From assembly GCA_036507075.1 (NCBI GenBank), contig DASXQR010000170.1, positions 1-28,831 of the forward strand: 28,831 nt of DNA. The letters are read 5' to 3'. A program made the translations under genes and the position numbers. The stretch's first letter is position 1, and each line of letters starts with the position of its first letter. Positions 17,153 to 25,375 of the stretch are shown piece by piece. Under the pieces are notes generated by a model. It saw nothing but the letters and a program-made list of their open reading frames with translations. It did not search any database and was not told where the DNA came from. The DNA comes from Acidobacteriota bacterium. Its GTDB lineage: Bacteria; Acidobacteriota; UBA6911; JACQSX01.

Positions 17153-17803
17153 ATGAAAAACCTGAGACTTCGATTCTTAACTTTTTCCGTACTAACCACG
17201 GTTTTTGCTTTGTTTTCACCGCTGTGGGCCAATACGCAGCTCATGGTGCTGCATCAGGACGGAGTGGGCAGCCAGTCGCAGCTCCAGTTTGATTCCATGA
17301 AGAAGTTCATCCGCGCTCTGCCTGGTGATGTTGACCTGGCAGTGGCTTATTTCGGGCATGGATCGCTCTCCTTTCAGTCCGATTTCACCTCCAATCACGA
17401 ATTGGCCGCTCGCAGCATGCGAGTTCCGCTCTCAAGCGCCAGCCAGACGTCGGGGACCTACGATTCACTGGTGGAGGCGGTAAAGAAACTGTCGCAGCGG
17501 GATGGCCAAAAAATACTTGTATTCTTCTCAGATGGTGTGGATACACTTCGCGATATGCTGACCGAGACGCCGGATCAAAATCCAATGCTGGTCAAAGCCG
17601 TCAAACTGGCAAAAGAAAACAATGTGAGGATCTATGCGGTCTACACACAGGCGCAGCCTTTTGCCGCGCGCGAGCGGTTTGCCGGGACCAGCTATCTGAA
17701 TTACCTGGCGCGAAACACGGGTGGTAAGGCCTTTCTGGAAACCACCATTTCCTACGACCCGGTTTTCAGTCAAATCAAAAGGGATTTGGTGGGACGTTAC
17801 TGA
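17153..17803 (+). CDS. Secreted VWA-like domain protein
   Basis: Signal peptide; DFTSNHE, YDSLVEA, KILVFFSDGVD, VRIYAV, LARNTGGKAF resemble VWA-fold motifs; the N-terminal MIDAS motif is degenerate. Confidence 0.7.
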   Translation: MKNLRLRFLTFSVLTTVFALFSPLWANTQLMVLHQDGVGSQSQLQFDSMKKFIRALPGDVDLAVAYFGHGSLSFQSDFTSNHELAARSMRVPLSSASQTSGTYDSLVEAVKKLSQRDGQKILVFFSDGVDTLRDMLTETPDQNPMLVKAVKLAKENNVRIYAVYTQAQPFAARERFAGTSYLNYLARNTGGKAFLETTISYDPVFSQIKRDLVGRY

Positions 17804-17806
17804 TCG

Positions 17807-18679
17807 ATGCTAGAGCCAAGGGGTGTCGAAATTTTCAGGCGTAGAGACGCGGCATGCCGCGTCAGAGCTCAGACGCGACATGCCGCGTCTCTACGGGCAA
17901 CGCGCTGCGGCGTGATGGCTGCCGTGCTTCTTGCCGCGTTTTGCGCCTTTACTCTGGCTTTGAACGCGTCAGACAATCAGCCTTTTAACCCCCAGGAAAT
18001 CATCCGCAAGTTTGCCGCCCGGGAAGCGCAATTCAAGGAAGCACGCCAGTCCTATACATTCAAGACCAGGATGCTCACGCAAATACTGGACGGCAAGGGT
18101 ATCGTGCTGGAGGAGCGCCTCTTGATCATGGAGAGTTATTTCACCAATGATGGCACGCGGCACCAGAGAACGTTGATCGACGACGGTGAGATCAGGTCTC
18201 TGAAGATGACCCAGGAAGATATCGATGATGTAATCAATATCCAGCCGTTTGTTTTGACCACTGATGACCTGCCCGAATACGACATCAAGTACATCGGCAA
18301 GGAAAAGGCAGATGAACTTAACACCTACGTCTTTTCCGTAAAGCCGAAACAAATCTTTGGAAGAAAACGTTATTTTGAAGGCAAGATCTGGGTGGACACA
18401 GAAGACTTGCAGATTGTAAAGACAGACGGAAGAGCCGTGCCGCAGAACGAGCAACGTTTTCCGCGGTTTGAAACACTTCGGCAGTTAGTCGACGGCAAGT
18501 ATTGGTTCCCCGTCTGGACGCTGGCAGACGAGACGCTGCGGTTCGGGGATGTATTCAGGGGAACAACAAAGCATCACGTGCGCGAGCTCATCACCTACGA
18601 GGACTATAAGAAGTTCGAAGTAAAGTCGAATATCAAATTCGGCGCCCCAAAACCCGACGAGCCACAGCCCAAGCCTTAA
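17807..18679 (+). CDS. Secreted LolA/MucB-like (outer-membrane lipoprotein-sorting fold) protein
   Basis: Hydrophobic signal AAVLLAAFCAFTLALNA; YDIKYIGKE, TYVFSVKPK, FEGKIWVD, YWFPV, YEDYKKF. Start uncertain (ATG 17807 or GTG/ATG near 17912-17915). Confidence 0.65.
   Translation: MLEPRGVEIFRRRDAACRVRAQTRHAASLRATRCGVMAAVLLAAFCAFTLALNASDNQPFNPQEIIRKFAAREAQFKEARQSYTFKTRMLTQILDGKGIVLEERLLIMESYFTNDGTRHQRTLIDDGEIRSLKMTQEDIDDVINIQPFVLTTDDLPEYDIKYIGKEKADELNTYVFSVKPKQIFGRKRYFEGKIWVDTEDLQIVKTDGRAVPQNEQRFPRFETLRQLVDGKYWFPVWTLADETLRFGDVFRGTTKHHVRELITYEDYKKFEVKSNIKFGAPKPDEPQPKP
17841..17894. repeat. GTAG-type REP inverted doublet
   Basis: GTAGAGACGCGGCATGCCGCGTC-AGAGCTCA-GACGCGACATGCCGCGTCTCTAC; 54 bp with GTAG and CTAC ends. 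Confidence 0.8.
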
Positions 18680-18681
18680 GA

Positions 18682-18939
18682 CGGAAAGCAGGAGGCAGGA
18701 GGCAGGAGGCAGGAGGCAGGAGGCAGCAGGAGGCAGACATTCGACAGAGCCGAACCGCGGGCGTCAGCAAGCGCACCCTCGATGTAACGCTCTAATTAAC
18801 TTGGCGGTAGGTGTTAAGTCGGAGGGTCCGCTTGCTGACGCGCGCGGTTCGGCTGGCCTTCCTGCCCCCTGCTTGCCTGCCTTCGGCCTCCTGCCTCCTG
18901 CTTCCTGCCTCCTGCCTCCTGCTTTCCGCTTTCCGCCTT
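18682..18939. repeat. Second copy of the 131-bp palindromic core with (GGCAGGA)n / (TCCTGCC)n arms
   Basis: Core 18732-18862 is near identical to 16848-16978; lies between convergent genes. Confidence 0.9.
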
Positions 18940-19514
18940 CAGCCCTTTCCTCCTCCGCCCGGTTGATAGATCTCGCCGTAGACCCTTCTCAAGGGCGCAA
19001 AGCAGAAGTCATAAACCAGTTGGCGAAACATCACAGGGTTGGTCTGCAGCAGGCTGAAGTATTTCGCACGTACTGTAAAGAGCACGCGTATTACGTCGGC
19101 GCGACCTTCGCGCGTTTCGCGTGAGACGGTCGTGCCCCATTGCGGTTCGATGTTCAAAAAGTCTTCATAGGCCTTGTCCGCGAAGGGTCGCCTGGTCCAT
19201 GGTTTCTGCAGGCTTTCCGTATAGTAAAACGCAGCCAGGCGGCGCACGAAATCGTGAATATTGAATTCGGCGACCTTGTTGTTCACGCTTGCCTCGATGA
19301 AGTAGCGTCCTTCCACCGATGGAAGAACCTTTAAACCGTAAGTCACATCCAGCACGCCCGGCCGCACGATCTTGAGGCGGTGGCCGCGCTCGTCATGATA
19401 GCTCTTCACCTGCGTTTCAAGGGCTCCAGAGCCGTCCGCGTACTGGAAGTAGAGAAATTCTATGAGTTCGTGCAGCGTCTGATCGATGGTCTGATAAATG
19501 GTGTCGAAGGTCAA
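18939..19514 (-). CDS. Hypothetical protein
   Basis: 191-aa ORF with TTG start 5 nt after the GHL10 stop; fills the gap and has protein-like composition. No family recognised. Confidence 0.7.
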   Translation of the reverse strand: MTFDTIYQTIDQTLHELIEFLYFQYADGSGALETQVKSYHDERGHRLKIVRPGVLDVTYGLKVLPSVEGRYFIEASVNNKVAEFNIHDFVRRLAAFYYTESLQKPWTRRPFADKAYEDFLNIEPQWGTTVSRETREGRADVIRVLFTVRAKYFSLLQTNPVMFRQLVYDFCFAPLRRVYGEIYQPGGGGKG

Positions 19515-19519
19515 AGTCT

Positions 19520-21049
19520 TCAGGGCCGCCGGCGTGCCGGGGGCGACAGGACAAAAGCCTGGCGTTTTACCACACCCGCTGGAACGTTGATATTAAAATT
19601 TCGTAACATGCCGCCGGCACGAACTGTGACATCCAAGGCTCCCGCGGGCAGGCGGGCTGCGCCAAAAAAACCATTCCCGTCGGTTCGCATCGATTCCGTT
19701 CCGCTTGTCCAATGCAGGCTGACTTCGGCGCCGTCAATAGGCTGCTGTAACGCATCGATCACGCGTCCTAGAAGCATTGCTTCGGTTGGTTTCCATGGCA
19801 TTTCCGGCGGTATGGCTGCAGCTTTAAAGACTGGATCATTCGCGACATCGTAACTTGTCGGACTGGACAGCGCGGCGTAGAAGTCGTTGTTGTCTCGCGC
19901 CGGCGTCAACTCGGTCGCGGTGTTGGTCGTGGCATAAGAATAGAAGACAATTCCGTCTGCGCCATTTCCGGCCGGCGTGGTTTCAGCGGCGCGCCTGGTT
20001 TGCGCCAGAGTCCCTTCGATAGTATTGATAAAGGCGCCCTGGCCGATGACGAGATGCCTTGCAAACTTCCGGTCTTTGTCGAATTGAATCCACCCGTCAA
20101 ACCAGTTTCTCTGCACGGGCACGTGCTCGCGGTCGTAGTGCATGGGCATTGCGATGTCCAGAATGCCCAGGCGAAGCCAATCCTGCCAGTCTTGAAACAC
20201 CCTGGTGTAGGCCTCGCTGGTGCTCCAGTTGTTGCCGGCCGGAGGCGCCCCGAAGGCGATAAGAGCGGCCGATACTTTGAGGCGCGGGTTGACATCCATA
20301 ATTTCCAGATAAAGGCGCCGGAACATTTGCGTCATCTGCAGGCGGCGCCAGAGACTCCAGTCGGGGTCTGAAATCGCCGGATTTCCCGTCTTGCCGAAAG
20401 CCCGGTTGAAACGCTGCACACTCACCGGATTGTACCCGATGTCGTAGCCTCCCTGAGTCGGGTTCGTTTCCGGATAGCGGATACGATCAAAGTGAATCCC
20501 GTCAATTTGGTATGAGGCGGCCAGGCTCCGTACCACCTGCACCAGATACTCAACCACCGCGGGATGTCCCGGGTCCACCCAGTAGTCTCCGAAGCGATCC
20601 AGCCCTGTGCTGCTTCGAGTAAGCCAGTTTTCGATTCCCTGGACTGACGGACCATGCAGGTTAAAGCTGTGGTTTGGATTGGCAGGAGGGTTTGACGAAA
20701 CAGACGGTCCCCAGATGGCATTGGCAATCACCCAGGCGTGGACTTGAATGCCGTTGGCATGTGCCCTGTCGATCAGGTACTGCAGCGGATCGAAGCCGTT
20801 TTCAACCTGAGGGTCTTCGGTAAACGGGTCTAGGGAACTCAGGAAGTAGGCGTCTCCACGGCGCCGGACCTGCACTACCAGTGAATTGATATTGGAGGCC
20901 CTTGCGCGTGTCACAAGGGCATCCACTTCAGGTCTGTTCTTGATTCCGGGGTGGAACGCATCTACCCAAAAAGCCCGGAGTTGCACCTCCTGCCCGAAGG
21001 CGACTGGCGAAATAAACAGCAAGCAGGCAGATAGTAGGATCTTTCGCAT
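19520..21049 (-). CDS. Secreted glycosyl hydrolase-like 10 (GHL10/YddW-like) protein with C-terminal carboxypeptidase-regulatory-like domain
   Basis: Signal MRKILLSACLL...AFG; LRAFWV, VQVRRRGDAYF, FDPL, IQVHAWV, WVDPGHP, IDGIHFDRIRYP, QDWQDW; C-terminal GRVID..PIDGAEV..TDGNG. Start set at ATG 21049 because the longer ORF is repeat-derived. Confidence 0.88.
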   Translation of the reverse strand: MRKILLSACLLFISPVAFGQEVQLRAFWVDAFHPGIKNRPEVDALVTRARASNINSLVVQVRRRGDAYFLSSLDPFTEDPQVENGFDPLQYLIDRAHANGIQVHAWVIANAIWGPSVSSNPPANPNHSFNLHGPSVQGIENWLTRSSTGLDRFGDYWVDPGHPAVVEYLVQVVRSLAASYQIDGIHFDRIRYPETNPTQGGYDIGYNPVSVQRFNRAFGKTGNPAISDPDWSLWRRLQMTQMFRRLYLEIMDVNPRLKVSAALIAFGAPPAGNNWSTSEAYTRVFQDWQDWLRLGILDIAMPMHYDREHVPVQRNWFDGWIQFDKDRKFARHLVIGQGAFINTIEGTLAQTRRAAETTPAGNGADGIVFYSYATTNTATELTPARDNNDFYAALSSPTSYDVANDPVFKAAAIPPEMPWKPTEAMLLGRVIDALQQPIDGAEVSLHWTSGTESMRTDGNGFFGAARLPAGALDVTVRAGGMLRNFNINVPAGVVKRQAFVLSPPARRRP

Positions 21050-21094
21050 CGCTGGAAAGATCAGAAATAACATAACACTGCTGAAGGGGCAACA

Positions 21095-21340
21095 GGCGGA
21101 AAGCGGAAGGCAGAAGGCGGAAGGCGGAAGGCAGAAGGGGGGAGGCAGGAAGCGGAAGGCAGACATTCGACAGAGCCGAACCGCGCGCGTCAGCAAGCGG
21201 GCCCTCGATGTAACGCTTCTAATTAACTTGACGGTAGGTGTTAAGTTGGAGGGTCCGCTTGCTGACGCGCGCGGTTCGGCTGACCTTCCGCCTTCCGCTT
21301 TCTGCCTTCTGCCTTCCGCTTTCCGCCTTCCGCCTTCCGC
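21095..21340. repeat. Third copy of the palindromic core (132 bp) with (GGCRGAA)n / (TTCYGCC)n arms
   Basis: Core 21158-21289, with a 1-nt insertion relative to the other copies; lies between divergent genes. Confidence 0.9.
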
Positions 21341-21365
21341 AAACCCTCCCACTACAGCGAAGGTG

Positions 21366-21371
21366 TATAAT
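21366..21371 (+). promoter_or_regulatory. Consensus -10 element (TATAAT) 8 nt before an SD-less ATG
   Basis: GGTG-TATAAT-ATTCCCCC-ATG. Confidence 0.55.
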
Positions 21372-21379
21372 ATTCCCCC

Positions 21380-21679
21380 ATGGCCGATAATACGCTGACG
21401 ATTGAATGTCCGTGCTGCGCCGCTAAGATTCAGATCGACGCGAAATCAGGAAAGGTGCTGTTTGCCGAAGAAGCTCAGGTAAAGAAGGATTTCTCTTTTG
21501 ACACGCAGCTCGAGCAGATCCGAAAGCAAAAGGACCAGGCCGACCAGTTGTTCAGCAAGGCTTTCCAGGATGAAGCGGAGCGCAAGAAACTGCTGGAGCG
21601 CAAATTTGAGGAAGCTCAAAAACGCGCCCAGGAAGACAAGGGCGCCATCAAGCCGCGACGGCCGTTCGATTTTGACTGA
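21380..21679 (+). CDS. Small protein with CPCC motif and charged coiled-coil
   Basis: TIECPCCAAKIQID followed by a K/E/Q-rich helix, ending RRPFDFD. Confidence 0.8.
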   Translation: MADNTLTIECPCCAAKIQIDAKSGKVLFAEEAQVKKDFSFDTQLEQIRKQKDQADQLFSKAFQDEAERKKLLERKFEEAQKRAQEDKGAIKPRRPFDFD

Positions 21680-21684
21680 CGAAC

Positions 21685-22902
21685 TCAGCCTATCCTTTCC
21701 CAGATGCGCCACGCCATCTGCATCGGAGACCGGTCAACTGCCGCTCCCGGCAGAAAGCCGGCGTAAAGATTCAACAGCAGCGAGTAAATCAGAGCACCAA
21801 CAAATCCTGCCCGCACGATCCGGGAGGAACTCTGGTTCCAATGCAGCAGCGCTCCCAGCGCAAGTGTCAGCAGAGTCGTGTGCAGATACCGGCTGGAGTA
21901 ACAAGTTCCGCCGTGCCATTGGCGGTACAATGCTGTCAGAGCTATCTGGGAGAGAGCAGCCGCTGACAGGAGCACAGGCAAAGTCTCGGTGCGTCTCACC
22001 CAGACCCAGCGTGCCAGCCCCACAAGTCCGAAAATCAAAATAGGAGCAAACGGCAGCAAACCATGCACCGGATCAAAAAATACGCTCCCCAGCCCTGAAA
22101 AAAAGTTTCCACTCTCGAACCGCAGCGGAGTCCGAAACTGCTCGTAGTAAAAACGGTTGAACCCGAGAATAAAGAGCAGACTCGCCGCCACCCCGGCCAT
22201 CACTGCGTAACTTTGCCTATTCCCAATGACGATCCCCCCCACAGCAATGGCGACAAAGACGATTGCGCTCGGATAACGGCACAGGATGGTAGCCGCCGTA
22301 ACCGATGCGATCAGAATGGCATTGTCGCCCTTCGGCCAGAGCCACAGCACCAGGATGAATCCCAGCAGCGCAAAGTTTTCCGTCCACAAGCCGCGCGCGT
22401 AGGCGAACAGAGGAGTTGAAAGTCCGGCCAGCAGGATCGTGCCCGGCGCAAGTTCAGGCCTGCCGAACGCTTCCAGAGTCTTTCCCGACAGATGGAGCGC
22501 CAGTAGCACGACGCCCATGCTACACAGCAACGCCAGCGGTTCCACCCAGCGGGTTGTCCGAAAAGGCAGGCACACCGCAGACAGAATCAGAGGCATGGCA
22601 ACGCCGTGATGATAAGTATAGAGATGGCCCTGCGCATCAGGCACGGCGTGTAAATCGAGGTCAAAGTTTCGGAACCAAAAGCCCGCGTCCCAGTCGCCGG
22701 CGCGGGCCTGGCGGTAATTATTCGACAGATCCAAATCGAAGTCTTCGATCAGGCTGTTCAGAATGACCAGGTAGTGCGGCTCGTCTCCCGTAAGAACCGT
22801 GGGGTAATGCAGGGCAACACCGGTGCGGCCGACACCGAAATAATGGAACGCTTCGGAACGCTTCAAATTATGGTGCGGAATCTGCCAGGGCAGAGCGAGC
22901 AA
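21685..22902 (-). CDS. Polytopic membrane protein, GT-C glycosyltransferase-like
   Basis: GDEPHY loop, DFDLDLSNNY, many TM segments, GLLPFAP, WHGG..YSSRY. The frame stays open upstream to 23004, so the true start is uncertain. Confidence 0.7.
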   Translation of the reverse strand: MLALPWQIPHHNLKRSEAFHYFGVGRTGVALHYPTVLTGDEPHYLVILNSLIEDFDLDLSNNYRQARAGDWDAGFWFRNFDLDLHAVPDAQGHLYTYHHGVAMPLILSAVCLPFRTTRWVEPLALLCSMGVVLLALHLSGKTLEAFGRPELAPGTILLAGLSTPLFAYARGLWTENFALLGFILVLWLWPKGDNAILIASVTAATILCRYPSAIVFVAIAVGGIVIGNRQSYAVMAGVAASLLFILGFNRFYYEQFRTPLRFESGNFFSGLGSVFFDPVHGLLPFAPILIFGLVGLARWVWVRRTETLPVLLSAAALSQIALTALYRQWHGGTCYSSRYLHTTLLTLALGALLHWNQSSSRIVRAGFVGALIYSLLLNLYAGFLPGAAVDRSPMQMAWRIWERIG

Positions 22903-23027
22903 ATAGACAACTGAAACGATCCACAGCGCCCGTCCAGCGCTGACCTTCGCTACGACATCAAAGGCTCGACGGATAGAAACGATTCCACCTCCTGGTCCTA
23001 GCTGCTATCCCGACGCTATCAATATTT

Positions 23028-23090
23028 AATTCGTGAAATTCGTGAGATTCGTGAAAATTCGTGCTCTAAATTCGTGCTCTAAATTCGTGT
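23028..23090. repeat. (AATTCGTG)n array, single arm
   Basis: Six ATTCGTG units directly after the beta-barrel gene stop (minus strand). Confidence 0.75.
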
Positions 23091-23092
23091 CC

Positions 23093-24100
23093 CTAATCGC
23101 GCGCCAGAAAGCGAAATACTTTCCTCACATGAAAACCGAAAACGATACCGTTGTGGCTTGACTCGTCATAAAGCGGATTAAGGTAACGTCGATAACCGGC
23201 CGTAAAGCCCAGTGAGTCCCATGGAAAATATTGAACGCCAATAGACAGGTCGCGCGGGTTCACTTCATGGATGCTGGGAATTCGACTCCCCCAGAACGTG
23301 AGGCTGTAAAACTCGCCCGTCACCTTTAATTTTTCGCTCAAATTATAGGTGGCGCCCACGGCCGATTGCCATTCGTTGGGGATGGGAAACTGCCGCCCGA
23401 ACGGATAGATTGCGTCTCCGGTGAAGATGACGCCATGGCTGGTGAGGAGCTTCAGGCGGCCAATTTTCTTCGAAGCGGCAAACTTTACGCCGCCATCTGT
23501 CGTCCCGGAACGCGTGCCGCGGAACAGCACCCGCATTTCACGCTCGGTATTGAATTTCATTTGCCCGATCACCGCCAGGCCCAGCGGGTCCCCGCGCCGT
23601 TCCGACAACAGGTTGTATTTTAGTCCGGTGAATCCGTCACTGTTGTCCCGGCCGGTCTTATGGGCCAGAAAGGCGAAGCTCGGATAGTAATCAAAAGGAG
23701 GAGGGGGGAAGGGATCCTGTGACAGCCTGTTGTACTGATCAAACGGGGCCAACTCTACGCCCTGAGTGAAAATGGGAGCGCTCAGATTGCGACGCTTCAC
23801 TTCGGTCGCGGCGTACCAGGAGATGAAGAACTCGAGCCGGTCCATCAGGCCAAATGCCGCGCCCAGCATCAGGTGCCGCACGCGCAGGTCCAGCGGATCG
23901 CGGTGGTACTGGTGGAACTGCGGGCCTCCCACGTAGTCCAGGGTCCTGAGCGTGTCGGGATCAAAGAGATCAAAAAAACCGGTGCTTCCATAATAATTGG
24001 GCATTACCCGCTTTCGATCCATGTCCGGGTCGTCCTGGGCCCGGGCAGCGGACGGCACGGCGACCAGCATCAGTGCCAGAAACAAAATCTTGGCTTTCAT
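23093..24100 (-). CDS. Secreted / outer-membrane beta-barrel-like protein
   Basis: SD GAGGAG; signal MKAKILFLALMLVAVPSAARA; amphipathic strands (GLKYNLL, VGATYNL, IGVQYF, FTAGYR, GIVFGF). Confidence 0.7.
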   Translation of the reverse strand: MKAKILFLALMLVAVPSAARAQDDPDMDRKRVMPNYYGSTGFFDLFDPDTLRTLDYVGGPQFHQYHRDPLDLRVRHLMLGAAFGLMDRLEFFISWYAATEVKRRNLSAPIFTQGVELAPFDQYNRLSQDPFPPPPFDYYPSFAFLAHKTGRDNSDGFTGLKYNLLSERRGDPLGLAVIGQMKFNTEREMRVLFRGTRSGTTDGGVKFAASKKIGRLKLLTSHGVIFTGDAIYPFGRQFPIPNEWQSAVGATYNLSEKLKVTGEFYSLTFWGSRIPSIHEVNPRDLSIGVQYFPWDSLGFTAGYRRYLNPLYDESSHNGIVFGFHVRKVFRFLARD

Positions 24101-24159
24101 CCACGCTCCTCTCAAAGATCCAGCATCCTAGCAAAACTAAGTCGAAAGTCGGAATATCA

Positions 24160-24336
24160 GTTACGGGTTTTCGGGTTACGGGTTGCGGATTCCGGGTTTT
24201 CGGTTTACGGGTCTTCGGTTTACGGGTTCTGAGTTGTGGGTTTTTTGCCCGGCAGATGAGAACGGGCACCCGGGTACCCGTAACTCGTAACCCGAAAACC
24301 CGTAACCCGAAAACCCGTAACCGCTAACCCGTAACC
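24160..24336. repeat. Inverted heptamer-array element (TTACGGG)n ... (CCCGTAA)n
   Basis: Left arm 24160-24242, right arm 24277-24336, between divergent genes. Confidence 0.88.
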
Positions 24337-24400
24337 GATTTTTTCACCATGCTATGATCAAATCGGGTGCGGTAATTGATCGCAGCCACGGAGGATAACG

Positions 24401-24586
24401 ATGTCGGCAACACTGATTTATCTGATTGGATACGTCATTTTTGTGATCGGCGCCGCCATGGGAGCCAATATGCTGGGTGTATCCCAGCGCTGGATCATGA
24501 TTGGAGTGATCATCCTGCTCGGGATCGGCATCACCACTGCCGCCACTCGAACGCGCCGCCAGGAACCCCCCGCCGAAGGGCGTTAG
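24401..24586 (+). CDS. Small two-TM membrane protein
   Basis: SD GGAGG; two hydrophobic helices; extended -10-like TGCTATGAT at about 24350. Confidence 0.8.
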   Translation: MSATLIYLIGYVIFVIGAAMGANMLGVSQRWIMIGVIILLGIGITTAATRTRRQEPPAEGR

Positions 24587-24589
24587 CCT

Positions 24590-24655
24590 CTTTGTGTCCT
24601 TCGTGTCTTTGTGGTTCTTTTAGCCTGGGACCACAAAGGCACAAAGGACACAAAG
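24590..24655. repeat. Hairpin with tandem (CTTTGTG)n / (CACAAAG)n arms; possible 3' end structure
   Basis: CTTTGTGTCCTTCGTGTCTTTGTGGT ... ACCACAAAGGCACAAAGGACACAAAG, 3 nt after the stop. Confidence 0.8.
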
Positions 24656-24778
24656 ACCTTAAATCCCGCCGCAGTCTTCGTTTTTCCTGTCAACCTTCCC
24701 CGTTTCCCGCCCGTATTACCAGCAAGTCGAATGCTATGATTGTGGCCATCGAGAGAAACAGACTCCAATCTCTCATCT

Positions 24779-25375
24779 ATGACGGATCAGGAGATGGTTG
24801 CCGCCATTCTGAAGGGGGACGAGCAGGCATTCGGTCTTTTCTTTGACAAGTTCAAGAGCATGGTTTTCTCGGTCGCGTACAAAGTGGTTTTTGATGAAGC
24901 CGATGCCATGGACATCGTGCAACTGGTCTTCATGAAGCTTCACCGCATGTTGTCGGAATGGGATGCCAGGCGCTCGTCGCTCTCCTCCTGGATTTACCGT
25001 ATTACTCTGAACGAATCCATCGACCGCTGGCGCTCCAGAAATCGCTACCGGGTTCTGAGCCTGGACAGCATGGCCGATGATCGGGAGCATCCGGCCCAGT
25101 TCCGCAGCGAGGGTCCTTCGGCGCTGGCGCAGCTTCGCGGGAAAGAGCTGAAGCAACTGGTCAAAAAGGAGCTTGGACATCTGCCGGCTTTGCAGCGGAA
25201 GATTTTCGTGCTGCGCCATTTCGAAGGGCTGAAGCTGGAGGAGATTTCCAACGTCCTGGGGATTTCCCTGGGGACGGTAAAAACGTCGCTCTTCCGGAGC
25301 TTGCGAACCTTGCAGCGCCGGTTGAAGAGACACAAAGAATTGACCCCGGATTGGGCGCGAGAAAATGAAGCCTGA
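24779..25375 (+). CDS. ECF RNA polymerase sigma factor
   Basis: DQEMV..GDEQAF, DAMDIVQLVF, SWIYRITLN, LPALQRKIFVLRHFEGLKLEEIS..LGTVKTSLFR. TGCTATGAT at 24732-24740 overlaps the TTG of the longer ORF, so ATG 24779 is preferred. Confidence 0.93.
   Translation: MTDQEMVAAILKGDEQAFGLFFDKFKSMVFSVAYKVVFDEADAMDIVQLVFMKLHRMLSEWDARRSSLSSWIYRITLNESIDRWRSRNRYRVLSLDSMADDREHPAQFRSEGPSALAQLRGKELKQLVKKELGHLPALQRKIFVLRHFEGLKLEEISNVLGISLGTVKTSLFRSLRTLQRRLKRHKELTPDWARENEA

Noticed and set aside
16848..21289. Triplicated palindromes as integron attC sites flanking gene cassettes
   Set aside because: No integrase in the window, no properly spaced RYYYAAC/GTTRRRY ends at the element boundaries, and the intervening genes are in pairs and in both orientations.
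21050..21352. 101-aa N-terminal extension of the GHL10 ORF
   Set aside because: Mostly encoded by repeat copy 3; a normal signal peptide begins at ATG 21049.
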